64,000 bases of DNA from Malacoraja senta (taxonomy: Eukaryota): positions 10,232,001 to 10,296,000 of the forward strand of contig CM075988.1 in NCBI GenBank assembly GCA_038087875.1, in the 5' to 3' direction. Shown here piece after piece: positions 63,490-64,000 of the stretch. Below the pieces are notes generated by a model that searched no databases, had not been told where the DNA came from, and was given only the letters and a program-made list of their open reading frames with translations. Made by a program: the position numbers and the translations under genes. Position 1 is the stretch's first letter. Every line of letters starts with the position of its first letter.

Positions 63490-64000
63490 GTAAATACAAG
63501 CCTGAAGGCTTTGTGTCTCAATGCAAGGAGCATTCATAATAAGGTGGATTAGTTGAATGTGCAGATAGTTATTAATGAATATGATATAGTTGGGATCACG
63601 GAGACATGGCTCCAGGTTGACCAAGGCTGGGAGCTGAACATCCAGGGATATTCAATATTAAGGAGGGATAGGCAGAAAGGAGGTGGGGTAGCGTTGCTGG
63701 TTAGAGAGGAGATTAACGCAATAGAAAGGAAGGATGTGGAGGATGTAGAATCGATATGGGTAGAGCTGCGAAACACTATGGGGCAGAAAACGCTAGTGGG
63801 AGTTGTGTACAGGCCACCTAACAGTAGTAGTGGAGTTGGGGATGGCATCAAACAGGAAATTAGAAATGCGTGCAACAAAGGTAAAACAGTTATAATGTGT
63901 GACTTCAATCTACATATAGATTGGGTGAATCAAATTGTCAGGGGTGCTGAGGAAGAGGATTTCTTGGAATGTATGCGGGATAGTTTTCTAAACCAACATG
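63490..64000 (+). pseudogene. CR1 LINE ORF2 AP-endonuclease N-terminus with an in-frame stop; runs off the window
   Basis: LCLNARSIHNKVD*LNVQ..YDIVGITETWL...KGGGVALLV...GVVYRPPNS...MCDFN. TAG at 63550-63552. Confidence 0.9.

Overview
This is eukaryotic, repeat-dense vertebrate DNA, most likely a cartilaginous fish such as a skate or ray. That assignment is an inference from the HE1/V-SINE-like, HER1/CR1-like, Penelope and Rex1 repeat content. No recognisable host protein-coding gene was found, and almost every ORF in the track is spurious or transposon-derived. Retroelements: the 3' half of a decayed DIRS tyrosine-recombinase element, a solo LTR, many tRNA-derived V-domain SINEs, CR1 fragments plus the 5' part of a CR1 LINE, a near-intact Rex1/Babar LINE broken by one homopolymer frameshift, L1/Tx1 3' fragments, and Penelope GIY-YIG remnants with many short hammerhead-motif derivatives. 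DNA elements: two Harbinger-like MITEs, a TIR element with a 7-bp TSD and two Helitron-like elements. Local direct and inverted duplications are also present. The best finding is a 141-bp TSD-flanked retroposed element (51024-51164, minus strand). Its first 54 nt fold exactly into a minimal HDV/CPEB3-like self-cleaving ribozyme, followed by a stem-loop and a (GAA)n tail, so it looks like a SINE headed by a ribozyme instead of a Pol III promoter.
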